A DNA stretch of 57,382 nucleotides, filler included, from Barthelona sp. PAP020 (lineage: Eukaryota): assembly GCA_040182905.1 (NCBI GenBank). It is 3 parts of 3 records of this genome, joined end to end, with 100 filler letters (N's around TTAATTAATTAA, not from the genome) between each part and the next. Parts side by side here need not be neighbours in the genome. Positions count along the whole stretch, not along the records: positions 38,435 to 57,382 come from JARQWU010000215.1; 2 more parts are not named here. The stretch is one strand, 5' to 3'. Shown here one piece after another: positions 41,579-54,228 of the stretch. Each line of letters opens with the position of its first letter. Position 1 is the stretch's first letter. The translations under genes and the position numbers were made by a program. The notes under the pieces were generated by a model. It was not told the DNA's origin. It was given only the letters and a program-made list of their open reading frames with translations, and made no database searches.

Positions 41579-42241
41579 TTAGCAAAGACGTACGGCAGTA
41601 CGGTTTTCAGTCTTGAATTGAGTTGACTTAATATGAACAGTGTCAATGTTTTGCCATTTCTTCTTAAGGAGAGAGACAAGGTAGTTAATAGAACGTAAAA
41701 TGTTGCTAACGGCTTGTTCTTCAGTAAGATTCATGTTACCAACAGCAGTGTGAAGACCGAAAGTCTTACGGAGAGTGAAGTTAACAGTTTTGTTAACAGC
41801 ATCAACCTTAGAAGCGATTTGGGCAGGGTTAGGAACAGGAGTGGGATACTTGTGAGCACGATTGAACATAGAACCACAGTATTTTCTGATATCCTTGGCC
41901 ATAGAAGGAGCCATAAAGAAAACATCAGCAGATTTGATGAGTTTCTTGACTTCCTTGTTATCCTTAAGAGCCTTTAAATCATCAACAGTAATGTGTCTGA
42001 TATTGTTGGCAGCACAAACTTGAGCCAAACGAGCATCAGCGATAACACAAACAGGAGTGTTTAACTTGACATCATTTTGTAATTGAACGGATCCACTGAA
42101 ACGCTTATCCTTCTTTTCATAACCCTTAAGTTGAACTTGAAGTTCAATGGTTTCAACGAATCTATGATATTTCTTGTTCTTATAGACTTCATAAATTTCA
42201 TGAACGGCTTCACGGACTTGGTCGCTAGAGATTTTGGACAT
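41579..42241 (-). CDS. RPL10A: 60S ribosomal protein L10a (uL1)
   Basis: MSKIS...FVETIELQVQLKGY..KDKRFSGSV.L...NYLVSLLKKKWQN...HIKST; highly biased codons. Confidence 0.97.
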   Translation of the reverse strand: MSKISSDQVREAVHEIYEVYKNKKYHRFVETIELQVQLKGYEKKDKRFSGSVQLQNDVKLNTPVCVIADARLAQVCAANNIRHITVDDLKALKDNKEVKKLIKSADVFFMAPSMAKDIRKYCGSMFNRAHKYPTPVPNPAQIASKVDAVNKTVNFTLRKTFGLHTAVGNMNLTEEQAVSNILRSINYLVSLLKKKWQNIDTVHIKSTQFKTENRTAVRLC

Positions 42242-42346
42242 TTAAATCAACGAAAAATTGTAATTTGAAGGAGAGAAAAAAATAGGAAAAAATTTACAAA
42301 TTATTCCAAAGTTCTTTCCTCAACTTTTTATTAGTTATATTCCAAT

Positions 42347-42820
42347 ATGGTTTGTTTTTGTTGATGTTGTGAGTGTTAATTAATATAATTAATTGATTTA
42401 ATACTTATTTTTTCAATTTTATTTTGATGAGAATCTAACATGTAGGGTGGTGTCCGTACTAGAACTATTAAGCGTGCCGCTAAGGCTATCATTGAAAAGC
42501 ATTATCCTAAGCTTACTACTGATTTCGAAACAAATAAGAAACTTATCGATACTGTTGCACAAATTCCCACCAAGCGTCTTCGTAATAAGATTGCTGGTTA
42601 TACTACTCATCTTATGGTTCGTCTTCGTCAAGGTCCTGTTCGTGGTATTTCCTTCAAGCTTCAAGAAGAAGAACGTGAACGTTTAGATAACTATGTTCCC
42701 GAAATCAGTAAGATTCATGTTGGTGATGATGTCACTATTAATGTTAACCAAACTACCATGAACATGCTTGAAGCTTTGGAATATGAAGTTCCTGGTGTCA
42801 GAGTTTCTGGTCGTAAGTAA
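42347..42820 (+). CDS. RPS17: 40S ribosomal protein S17 (eS17); exon 1 is the ATG only, exon 2 is 42446-42820
   Basis: [21 protein letters not shown]...[37 protein letters not shown]. Confidence 0.97.
42350..42445 (+). other. 96-nt intron directly after the start codon
   Basis: ATG|GTTTGT...ATCTAACATGTAG|GGT. Confidence 0.85.
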
Positions 42821-43061
42821 GTATTTTCATTTTATAACTTTCAATAAAACGCTTCCCCATTAATTTGGATTGATTTTTTCTTTTAATTATTTGATATGAA
42901 TGTGTTGGAATTTTTTTGGTTTTTGATAATTTCTGATATTTAACAGAATTCAAAGGAAATTTAAAGAATAAACATAAACGCTATTTATTTGTTTGAAAAA
43001 AGGAAAAAAGTTCTTTCCAATTGTTGCAAACGAATTTGATTAATATAATCTAAATTGGAAA

Positions 43062-45450
43062 TCAGTGTTGTAAGAACAAATTTGAAAAATGTTCACAAAC
43101 ATATTCAACATCTTCTTCTGTCCAATCAACAGTGACTGAAGTTGTTTCCTTTTTTTCTCTAATGAGTTCTTTTTCATCAAAACCCTTATTGTCATCTTCC
43201 GAAACATTATTGATAACATTACCCATAGTTTTTTGTAAAATCTTCAAATAAGGTTTAGATAAAGCTTTAAAGGAAGGAAAAGCATATGCAGGAGCTTTTA
43301 ATAAATTGTTGAAGTCTTTTGTAGGCTCATATTTGACTTTCACTGAAGATTTGGCAACTTCTTCACTGTAGAGACTCTTGAATGCCTTTTTCATAACAGA
43401 TTTAGAAGAGTAATTTTCAGTTTTTTCTTCTTCTAAAACCACCTCATTTTCTTCATCAAATGGTGAGAAGACGAGTTTTCCGGTTTCAGAAACACCTACA
43501 ATATAGTTATCATTTGCACAAATCCTTGTTATTCTTGAACCATCAATAGTTCTTGTTACCAAAACTGAAGTGAATTCCTTGACTTTATAAATAGAATCCT
43601 TACATGAATAATAAAGTATTTTATCATCTAAACATGTCAACAAAGGCTTGTAAGCAATTATTTCAGAAATTTGTCCTAAAGCTGAGTCAAAAACTAAAAT
43701 GTCTTCTGTCTCAGCGATTGCAATTTTGTCACCATTAAAAACAACAACTGAACGAATTTGACCAAGGAACAGGGATTTTTCGATCACGCCAGTCTCCAGA
43801 TTCAATACGCATAAATAATTCTCAGGAACAGTTCTACAAACGCAAACCATTTGATTATGACTGAGTAAGTTCAATGAAATGACGTCAGACTCAACAGCCA
43901 ATTCAAAAGTTTGGACAGTCATAAATTTGGTATCTTCAAACTCATCACCTTCAATCAATTTCCAGATAACCACCTTTCCTTTGAATCCAACAACAATATG
44001 TAAATCACCATCTTTTTCGAATGTTAACAAAGAAGCTCCTACACCATAATTTAATAAATAAATGGTCTGTTCATTAACCCATTGGGCACCAGTAAATCTT
44101 AATATTCTTAATTCAGGCAATAATGATCTTTCATCCACCATTACAGAAGATATTTTTGAACATACCGCAATACAACGATGAACATTATTAAATTTATTGA
44201 AGACAAACGACCTTATGTGCATAGGATTTGTCCTTTCTCTCTCAGATGGAGCAACATGTTGACCTTGGGTAACATTGATCATTTGAACATGTTTGTTTCT
44301 GTAAATATCGAATATTTGAATTTGTCCGGCAATAGATGTCATAGCAATAGGTACTCCACTTGTTAAACCCAATGGATAAGGTTGAACTGGGCTAGAACAC
44401 CCTTGATTTGGTGGCAAAAAAATATCCATATCTTTAGAACGATTTCTAGACACCTGCAAACCATGCCATGTATTTATTGTCTTTGTAACAGGATCAATAA
44501 GAGCAACAGAGTTATCAGCACACGATGCAACAATATATGAACCATCATTATTGCCATTCAATGCTAAAATGGGTGGCAGTCTAGGAATGAAACGTCTACG
44601 TTGCGTCTTCAAATCCCATAAAACAACAACACCTTCAAAACCACCAGAAATACTATATTGTTCCTCAATACCGCCAAAACACAGAGCATTAACAGCATGA
44701 GCATGCCAATGTTGTGTTCTGCGTTTTAATGTACTGCCACTATGTTCCAGAAAGTATAATTTTCCTTTCGCATCACCAACCATAGCTATTGTGGAAGTTT
44801 TATTCACACATAACTTCGTTAAAACATGTGAAGTACGTACTCTTTCTGTGTTTTGAGTTGCAGGCAAATATACCAAAATACTTCTACCATCCAAACACAA
44901 TATTTTATCCCCAAAAATCTTAAGTTGTGTTACATGATTGTGAAATCTAACATACTGAATTGTGTTATCTTCCAACATGTTGTATCCCTTTAGAACAGAC
45001 ACAGGTTCTGAATATTTTTTGGATTTCTGTTTTGTGAAAGAATCTTGACTATATAAATTGGAGGAACTGCTCTTAAGTGTAGATTTGGACACGGAAAAAT
45101 AAATTTGTGGTTCATTAACAGCTAAAGCATAAATAGGTGAATCCACATTGATTTCTTCCAATAATATTTGATTATTGATATCAAATTTTCGTATTTTACC
45201 ATCCAAACAACTGGTATAAACAATATTAGAAACAATATTCTTATTTGTAGTAATGCCTGTTATTTCATCTTCATGATCCTCAAATATATGTTTAATTTGT
45301 CCTGTCTTAACAGATAAAATTACTAATCTGTTTTCACACCCAAATATGATGTTCCTAATTTGTTAGAATTGATATAAAATTAAATTATTACTTTCCATCT
45401 TCACTAAATAAAGGTGTTAAAGATCCAAAAACCAAATCATTGAATGACAT
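43062..45450 (-). CDS. WDR75: WD-repeat protein WDR75/Utp17 (Nan1), SSU processome; exons 45450-45392 and 45354-43062
   Basis: PLFSEDGK...HEDEITGI...YTSCLDGKIR; HWHAHAV...SGGFEGVVVLW...RRFIPRL. Confidence 0.82.
45355..45391 (-). other. 37-nt spliceosomal intron
   Basis: GTAATA...TTCTAACAAATTAG; restores the reading frame. Confidence 0.85.
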
Positions 45451-45552
45451 GATGAGAAAAGGAAGAAAAAAAGATGATCAATATACCAATTTTTATTGAG
45501 TAATTCATTCATATATATGTTATGAATGATTTAAATATTTTTTAATTGTTTT

Positions 45553-47208
45553 ATGAATCAGAGAGAAGATGAAATAATTGAATTAAAAACAAAACTTGAA
45601 GGTGAGATTGAACTTGGAATTGAACAACGTATTAATTGTTATTATAGGATCGGAAAGTTATATTTAGAAAATAAAGATGATATTAATGCTAAAAAGTATT
45701 TAAAAGAAGGTTTAAAAACTGCAAAGGAACGTCGAATGAAATTTAATTTTCTCTTTCTATTGGCACATTGTTATGATACTGCTGAAAAACAATTTGATCA
45801 TGGATTAAAAGCTGAAATTAAAGCCAAATCATTGTTTGAACGTGTTCAAATACAGAACCTGTTAATAAATCTTTCTATCGACTCTAGAAATTTTAATGAA
45901 GCTTCTTATCGAATGAATCAATTATTTCAGTTGGTTTGTGATCGTATTGGGACGCTTAAAGGAGCTACTGAAGAGTCTGTTAATAGTGAGAGTGTCTTAG
46001 AGATGATTATTCCTTTAATTAGTCATTATTTACATTATTACTGTTGTGTAATCAATGTTGAAGGGATAGTTTCAGCATCAGGAATTACTATTGCCATCAA
46101 AATCAATGACTTGTTGATTTATCTTCCCCAGAAACAATTTAATGTGATTATAGGACATACATTTTCTTTTCCAAATGATTTAGCAGAATTGTATTTGAAT
46201 ATCGTCACAATTGGTTTGATTGCGCCTTTTAAATACACAAAAGGAGATGAAACACATACCTTAAACTGGATTTTGGATAACATTGAAAGAGGCATGTGTT
46301 TCAGCAAATTAGGTTCGAAGTTGAGTAAATCTTTGTATCTTGCTTTGTTTGCAACTAATCTTTTGTTACAAAGGATTGATTATTGTGTGCATTGCAAAAA
46401 AATTCTATTGGAAGAACACTATTTTGCTACTTCAATGGATAATGTTAACACGATTTCAAACGCTCTAACCACATTAATTGAAATCGAAAAACTAAACTGG
46501 AATGAATTGTCAGTTTCAGACTGTTTTTTCTTTTATGTCTGCATTTTGGAGGTCTTTGATTCATTGCAATCTGTTATCCCTGACGATGTTTGGTTTTTCA
46601 AACATTATATTTATAGATATGAAGATAAATTGACGCTATTCACAAGAAAGCATCCACCACATTTACACATTATCGAAGATATTGCTTTTGTGAAGAATGG
46701 TGATTTTTTTATAAATACAGACAATACCAAAGCCAAATTATTGATTGCCAAGGTGTATTCACGTGTTTTACCTAATATTATTGTGGTTATTGATACTGAC
46801 GTTTTTCTAGAAGCGGTTGATATATTATTGGCATACGAAGAAATTGACTATCTTGCGAAAATGATATTTGGTTCATTGGAATATCTTCCTGCTCTTAAAA
46901 AGGTTTCGTTTCTGTCTAACATATCACCTACCACATTTGAATTACTTAGCAATGAAGATCAAACTAGGATTCAAAAAATCAAAGAAGATTTGAGATTCCA
47001 TCAGTCTGTTGATAAGAAGCAAAACAGCTTGTTTTCTTCCTTTATTGTTAGACCTACAGATAATATTGTTGACCAACAAATCCAAGTGGTTGGCAATGGC
47101 AGCGTTTTGAGGAAATCTGTTGTTCTCAAGAATCCTGAAAAAAAGAAAACTCCCAACCTATTTTCAACTTTTTTAAATGAAGAAACTTTGTCTTCATTAG
47201 ATATTTAG
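45553..47208 (+). CDS. TPR-like helical protein, possibly a divergent MAU2/Scc4 cohesin loader subunit
   Basis: RINCYYRIGKLYLE...AKKYLKEG...KFNFLFLLAHCY loosely resembles the MAU2 N-terminus; identity tentative, ORF itself solid. Confidence 0.5.
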   Translation: MNQREDEIIELKTKLEGEIELGIEQRINCYYRIGKLYLENKDDINAKKYLKEGLKTAKERRMKFNFLFLLAHCYDTAEKQFDHGLKAEIKAKSLFERVQIQNLLINLSIDSRNFNEASYRMNQLFQLVCDRIGTLKGATEESVNSESVLEMIIPLISHYLHYYCCVINVEGIVSASGITIAIKINDLLIYLPQKQFNVIIGHTFSFPNDLAELYLNIVTIGLIAPFKYTKGDETHTLNWILDNIERGMCFSKLGSKLSKSLYLALFATNLLLQRIDYCVHCKKILLEEHYFATSMDNVNTISNALTTLIEIEKLNWNELSVSDCFFFYVCILEVFDSLQSVIPDDVWFFKHYIYRYEDKLTLFTRKHPPHLHIIEDIAFVKNGDFFINTDNTKAKLLIAKVYSRVLPNIIVVIDTDVFLEAVDILLAYEEIDYLAKMIFGSLEYLPALKKVSFLSNISPTTFELLSNEDQTRIQKIKEDLRFHQSVDKKQNSLFSSFIVRPTDNIVDQQIQVVGNGSVLRKSVVLKNPEKKKTPNLFSTFLNEETLSSLDI

Positions 47209-47249
47209 ACCCTAAAACAATAAATGTTTAAAAAGACATTTTTTATTAT

Positions 47250-47661
47250 TTATTTTTGTAATTTCTTAAAGTTTCTGTGAGGTGTTAAATCTGTTTTGAA
47301 AACTTCATCTAATATCATTTCCACGGCTTTTTCCTTGTTTCCTTCAATCACAGTTAACATATGGTCTTTCTTTTCCAAAGTAAGGGTTTCTTGATCAGTT
47401 TTAAAACGTTTAATATCAGTTTCAAGAACTTCAGTGGTAAAAGCTTGAAATTCTTGTTTTTTCTGTAGTTGGTACGTTTTTATTTCATTATCTGCTTCTT
47501 CTGCAGCTTTTTTAAACAATTTTTGACGTTCTGCAAAGTTAGTATACCTTTAAAAGAATATATATATAAATACCAGATCTTGCATCTTTAATAATATTCG
47601 ATCTACGTTCTTCAGCTTGTATTATTGATTGTACACCTGAAGTTTCAGTGAAATTTGACAT
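47250..47661 (-). CDS. ATP6V1G: V-type H+-ATPase subunit G; exons 47661-47574 and 47530-47250
   Basis: GVQSIIQAEERRSNIIKDARS|ERQKLFKKAAEEADNEI..Y......EF...H.NF. Confidence 0.9.
47531..47573 (-). other. 43-nt spliceosomal intron
   Basis: GTATTT...TACTAACTTTGCAG. Confidence 0.9.
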
Positions 47662-47896
47662 ATTTAAAAATAAAAAACTTTTTTGTGATATTTGTCTCAC
47701 AAATACTTTTGTTTTATCAAAAATTTCTTTACACATCAGACATTTAATGTGAACATTAGAATGATAAATAGAAAAAATACATTGGATAAAAAAGAAAGAA
47801 TTCATTTAAATGAGCGATTCATTTTTCAGTTTGTTTTTGTACACAAATTTTTTATTTACATTATTTTAAATATACATGTATATATGAAGTTTTTAA

Positions 47897-48991
47897 ATGA
47901 ATTTTAGTCAGATTAACGGAAATACAATACAATTAAATGATACTTTTTCACAAATGTCAATGGACAAGTCAATATCACCTATTCCAACAGTTAAGAAGAA
48001 TAGTGTTTTAAATGTGTCAATCAAAGATATGCATTTACCGATTGAAAATGAAATGAAAGGAAAAAACAATTCAATATCCTCTTTTCGTTTTGGTTCTTCA
48101 CAAAGACCAATCTCTTCACAAAGTTATAGACCAACTTCTTCAATGAATGGATCCCGAATAAATCAATCGTATCGTCCAATGAGTGTTCAACAGTTTAATA
48201 GATCACGACATCAAGACCCATATAGACCATCTTCAGCATTAATGAGAACACCCAATTTGAAAGATGTATTAAAACCGCCAAAAAAGACGCCTATTGATTC
48301 TTTTGCGCCATTAAAAAGGACAAAACCAAATACAGGATTGACTAACGAAATTATCAAGGAGTTTCATCAAACCAAAGTTGAGAATAATTGTCCAAGACCT
48401 GTTTCTAGGTCTGGTAGTAGCCATTTATCATCATCTTCAGCTTTTAAATCTCATATCATTGAGATGGAAGTCTGGCTAAATGAACAATTGATTAAATTGA
48501 AAGCTAAGGACATTCAACCATGTCCTATTCGCTTAAATGTTTTTCGTGAACTATTTATGAAAGTAATTGAGAGGTCTGGAGAGTGGACCCCTTTGTTGGA
48601 ATTGATTAAAGATGAATTTGACTCAATATATAACATGAATAGTCTTACCATATCACAAAATTCAATTGGTTTTGTTGAAAATCATGAACCAAGAACTTCA
48701 GAAGCAACAGATCTTAGTTATGAAATTTCAAAGTTGAATTTCAAAATAAGACAACTTCAACAGAATATAAAATCAAAAGATTCTCAAATAAAACAATTAA
48801 GTCTTGAAAATTCAAGATATAAAACCGCTAAATCATTAAAAAATTATCAATCTGATGTTGTTTCAACGAAAGAATTACAAGATATGTCTGAATTAGCTTT
48901 GATGGATACTAAAAATACATCGACAAATGAATTTGATCCACAAAATTTTGCGGATCAATATGAAAGAATCTCAACTATTATAAGTATGTAA
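47897..48991 (+). CDS. Protein with a TSNAXIP1 N-terminal-like domain and coiled coil (cilia-associated family)
   Basis: RLNVFRELFMKVIERSGEWTPLLELIKDEFD resembles RL..YRE.F..FI..F..Y.PLL..IK.EY. Confidence 0.6.
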   Translation: MNFSQINGNTIQLNDTFSQMSMDKSISPIPTVKKNSVLNVSIKDMHLPIENEMKGKNNSISSFRFGSSQRPISSQSYRPTSSMNGSRINQSYRPMSVQQFNRSRHQDPYRPSSALMRTPNLKDVLKPPKKTPIDSFAPLKRTKPNTGLTNEIIKEFHQTKVENNCPRPVSRSGSSHLSSSSAFKSHIIEMEVWLNEQLIKLKAKDIQPCPIRLNVFRELFMKVIERSGEWTPLLELIKDEFDSIYNMNSLTISQNSIGFVENHEPRTSEATDLSYEISKLNFKIRQLQQNIKSKDSQIKQLSLENSRYKTAKSLKNYQSDVVSTKELQDMSELALMDTKNTSTNEFDPQNFADQYERISTIISM

Positions 48992-49159
48992 AAATGAATA
49001 ATTATTTTATTTTTTTTGTAATTTTACTTTTTAATTGTGGTTAGAGGAAGGCTAAAAGTGGGAGTGACATGAAAAAAACTCTAAAGAATTTTTTTTTTTT
49101 CATTCAATCTTAACGTTTGTTTTATTTTCATTTGTTAATTTGGATTGTATAATTATTGT

Positions 49160-52100
49160 ATGAGTGAACAAAGATGTAATATAATTTGTAATAATATGAA
49201 AGACTAATGTGATAGTGAATACATTTTTTGAAAATGTTAATAAGACTGATCAAAAAGAAGGAATAATAAAGTTTCGAGATATATTAAATGAGTTTGAGGA
49301 GACTTTTAAGTTTTCTGATGACATAATTACTCAAATTGAAGATTATTTTACGATTGAAACGATAAACACATTTAAACAAGAAAATTTAGCCGAATTATAT
49401 GATGTAACCATTAAATTAACGTGTTTGAAAGGTATAAATACTGATCTATTAATTATTTTTATGAATATTTTGAAAGAAATTGAGTTTACCGAAGACTTTT
49501 TGGAACGTTATATTAAGTTAATGATTGATAAATCGTTTACAGAAGACGTGATTGTTGAAATTATATTTAAATGGTTAAGCTACTATTATTTTAAAGATAA
49601 GGTAAAATGGCAGGAGATTTTTATCAATTTAAAAGATTTGATCAGTCCTCAAATACCTAATGGGTTGACATTTGAGATGTATTTGGTTCAACTAGCATCT
49701 AAAGGTGTTTTTGAAATTGATTTTTTTATGAATGTGTGTTTAACCTTTTGGAATGATCCACATGTGTTTAATTTTATCGTTATTAATCTTTATAAGTTTG
49801 CGTATTGTTCTAATTTTTCAAGTGATGTCTATAAGTTCTATTTCGAGCAATCGATTTTAAGTCTAGCACAGTTAACAACAATTACTCAGACTAATAATAC
49901 TGAAGATGATGAGAATAACTTGAAAAATTATGAAATATACAAACGTTCTTGTTCATTTGCTTTGATTGCTTTCATTGATTTTCATCAACATCATCGTTGT
50001 GAAAAAGTAGACGAAGAACAAATGAATAATTATCTAAAGACGTTAATATTTGATAAAAACTGTCAAGAAATCATGAAATTTATTTATTATCCTGTTCGTT
50101 TATTTTTATTGGATGGACAATCAGAATTTATTGCTCCAATAGACAACATGAAAGTTTTAAAAAAACTTTTAGACGTAGGATTAGAATTGGAACCATTATA
50201 CAATGCTTTTGATAATTGGTTAGATATTTTTATGGTTATCAAAAATGAAAAGGAATTATTTAAAACGAAGAATGATTTATTGACTGTTAAAAATAAAGAC
50301 ATTGAATTTTATTTAATAAATGATGGATTGGATGATAATTTGCAACAGTTATATTTAATTTTTGAATATTTATTTGTAAAGAATAAGAAATCTGAATTAT
50401 TCTTTCAAAGCAGTGTTATTACAACTGAACAAGCATTTTTTAATGTTTCTACTGAACAAGAACATTTTTTAGTTGAATATTATTTACATATTTTTAAAAA
50501 ATTGAAATTTTTGGAACATTTGAATGTTTTATTAACCAATAATTGGTATAATTCAATAATTAATGTCATATTACCTCCTTTTATACATGGTTTAATTTTG
50601 AATAATATTGATTTGAGTGAATCGATTGATTTTTTAGATGTTACAATTCGTTTCATCAAGTATAATGACGAACCTTTTGTCATGTTAGCAAAAAGATTGA
50701 ATATTAATGAAATAAATGAAATCGAAGAATATAAGTACAAAATGTTTTACATTTTATTATTATATATCACTTCAATTGATACTATGAACAGCATTAATGA
50801 TGAAATATTGAAAATTTGTTTGAACTTTTTGAAAAAATTGTCAAAAATTAGAAATTTCAAACAAAATGTTACTATTGATAAAATAGGGCATCTACAAAAG
50901 TATTTTTTACCTTTTTTCTATAATAATGCTAGAAGCGTTGAAAAACATTTGGATTTCTGTTTTGAATTTCTTATTGCTTTTATTTCAATCAATTGCACTT
51001 ATTTTTATGAGTATCTTCGTCAACAATGTCAACAGTGGCATCATGATAATCTTGAAATTGTTGAAAAAGATCTTTCTTTAATTTCAAAGATTTTCAAATC
51101 TTTATTTGAGTTCATTAGTGATGATCAAATTAAGAAAGAAGAAGTTGTTGTAAACAATGAAGAAAATATTGTTTTTGAAGTGAATAAACAACAACAACAA
51201 GAAGAAAAAAAAGAGGTTGTGGAAGAGGTTGTGGAAGAAGTTATGGAAGAAGTTATGGAAGTTGAAAAAACAGAAAAAGTTGATATTTCCGAAATTTCAT
51301 TGTTTTCTGCTCTTATTTTAACTCTATTGATTCATACAGAATCTGCTAACGATAATTTTGATGTTAAAGAAAAGATACAATCTTGTTTGAAAACTATTGA
51401 CTTGAAAAAAATCATGAAAATTAATAACAGATTATTGTGTATACATAAAGAATATCTTGCATTATCTTTAGAGTATAGAATCATGATTTTCAGTCATTTT
51501 GCTTCAGTTATTTTTCAAAAGTCAATATTTGGTTTAGAAGTTGATGATTTTCTTGATGAAGAGGATATAATGAGTATTATTCGACATTTAAAAGTTGAGA
51601 TTGAATCTCAAGGAATAATTTTATCATTAGTCAAGAATGTATTGAATGCTTGTTTGAATTTGTTGTTCACACAAGTCCATCCCTGTTTAAATGTTCTTGT
51701 AGAATTAAAAACAACTACTAATTCGGAGTTAAAAGATCTATTATTGGAAATAGCTTTAACGAATACAAATTACCTTTTGGAAAAGAAAAATTTTAGTTTA
51801 TTCTTTACCTTTTTGAACGAAATATGTGCTAATTTTTCAATATCACAGATCAAATATAGTGGAATTTGGAAGAATTTATTCTCTAACTGTTTGGATTTGG
51901 AATTGGCAGAATTTCGGACCTTTTTCACAACCTTTATTCAAATATTTATTCAAGATAGTATAAATAATGTCAAAGAACAACAGGAACAAGATGAAATAGA
52001 AGCAGAACAAGAACAACAATTGACTGATGATGAAAATGAAGACAATAATAGAAATATTGTTGACGAAAATGAAATGTTGAGTCAATTTAATAAGTTATTG

Positions 52101-53975
52101 GTAGACTACTGTCAAAAGGACGAAATTATTAATGCTCACTTTATTCTTGATATTCTATTCTATTTGTGTTCAAAATCGGTTTTCTCTTCCAATATCTTGA
52201 TAAATATTGAGGATATTTCGTTTGATGAAGAAATTATGGTTCAAATAGATCTTGTTTTGCATAAATTTCTTTCTTTATTACATGAAAACATTACCCCGTT
52301 ATTAAGGAACAATTTCACCACATTGAGCATCTATACCCATCAAACACACTTCAACTTCTTAAACTATTTCATTCATCGATACAAAGAGATGTTTAATAAT
52401 TCAACGTTCCAAAAGGAATTGTTTACAGGTTCGACATTTTTGAATGTGCGTAACAGCTTGCATTCTTCAGCAAAATTGGTAAGAAATAAGCGTCAATCAA
52501 CTATAGATTATACAGGAGTTGATCAGAATCAAATACAAATGTATAACTTGTGCATGATATTGAAATTGAATCGTTACCCTCCATATAAAGGGTTTTTCAA
52601 TCAATATGTCACTAAACAATTCATTGAAGATTGTTCCAAGAATTTCAAGTATTCTGCTGAAATTCAAAGTCCCATTGTTGTTGAAACTTTGGACATTCTA
52701 GCAGAATCTATCTGTATCTACAATAAGCCAGTTGAAAAGTCAATAAAGAAAAGATTTGGAAAAGAGCTCAAGAGTCCCGCTTTTATCTTCAGTCATTTAA
52801 AACCTCAACATTATGCTAACTTGTTTAGAGCTTTCGTTATCGGAGAATTAATGAATGATGAAGTTCTTTCTTTGTGGAAATTGCCTTTTGTTGTTACCGA
52901 TCCTGATTTTTCTGACCGTGATGAAAAACGTTCAAGCAATTATTTCAAACAGAATATTATCAATGAATTGAAAAATCCAGAAGACTATGAAAAGAAGTGC
53001 TTGTATGATTGGTCATTATTCTTGAAGAACGGTACCCTTTCTAATCCTCTGAAAGAAAACGATTTGGACTTGTTTTGTGAAGATATTCCCTATTTTAATG
53101 GGGTTACTGCACTAACTAAACATATGTATGAAATGGCCATGCATCTATTGTGGTTTAATACTAGCGAATTCACAATAAATTCAAAGAGAAATTTGACGTT
53201 ATTTTTAGTGGATCAATTGTTTATTATATATGATAATTTACAAAGTAGTTCGCAAAAAGTTCAAAATTTACAAAGTTTGACATTGGAAAATATGTATCAA
53301 CAATTAAAGAGTGAAGGTTCTGGGTTTTTAGAATTTCTCTTAATTTTGCTTGATTTAGTTTCATTTTTGACTTTAGAAACTCGAAATTTGATTATTGATT
53401 GGTTGATTGAGCGGTCTGATCTTTTGTTAATGTCATTGGAAGATCTAAGTTTGAATCCCAAGCCTGAACAAAAGCACCCATCAAGTTATGTTAAAGGTTT
53501 GAGTGTTTGTTTGATAGCGTTAACTATATTAGTTTCATTAGGAAGAAATACGTTGAAATTGTTGAATATTTTGGTGGATTTCTTCAAATCTGCTAGAGTG
53601 ACAACTGTAGAATTAGAATACTTTTTCATTTCTTTACAATTCATTAAAAAAACAAATTCTGCCGTATTTTCTGATTTGCAAGGTGTTTTTAATTCAGTCG
53701 AAATTGTTTTTGAAGATCAAGAAAAAATTAAATCATATGTTAAAATTAAAGATTTGTTCTCAAGTACTGATAGATCGTATAATTATCCTTTTGTTGTGCC
53801 TGCATCTTTCTATTGTAATCCTTCATTAATTTTCATTCATAATAATGAAGCAGAAGATGAATTATCTCGTATTCAACTAAAAGAATCCGTTGTTTCTTTA
53901 CATTATCAATTTATTCAATTCTGTGAAAATGAACAAAGAAAAATGTGGAAAAATCAATCTCAAAATTATCTTTAA
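49160..53975 (+). CDS. Large (~1590 aa) alpha-helical hypothetical protein; exons 49160-49175 and 49216-53975
   Basis: Long ORF; ATG 49160 joined in frame (MSEQRLNTFFEN) by a 40-nt intron. Confidence 0.75.
49176..49215 (+). other. 40-nt spliceosomal intron
   Basis: GTAATA...GACTAATGTGATAG. Confidence 0.8.
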
Positions 53976-54228
53976 CAATAAAAGTGATAAAATTGATAAA
54001 AGTGTTGTATTTCTTTCTTTTTTTAATGAATATCCCTGAAAAAAAAATCATTATAATGTAATCAAAGGACATCAATTTTCGTTTTCAATATATGCAAAAA
54101 AGATAAATTAACTACATATTTGTTGAATTTATAAAGGGTTTAAATAAGATGTAAGTGTGAAAAGGAGTTTATCAACTTTTTTTTTTTGGAATCAATATAT
54201 ATAATATTATTTATTCTATCTTTAAAGA

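Noticed and set aside
42350..42445. C/D box snoRNA in the RPS17 intron
   Set aside because: TGATGA lies near the 3' end and there is no CTGA D box
51205..51265. 12-bp tandem repeat (EEVV/EEVM)
   Set aside because: Ordinary short low-complexity coding insertion
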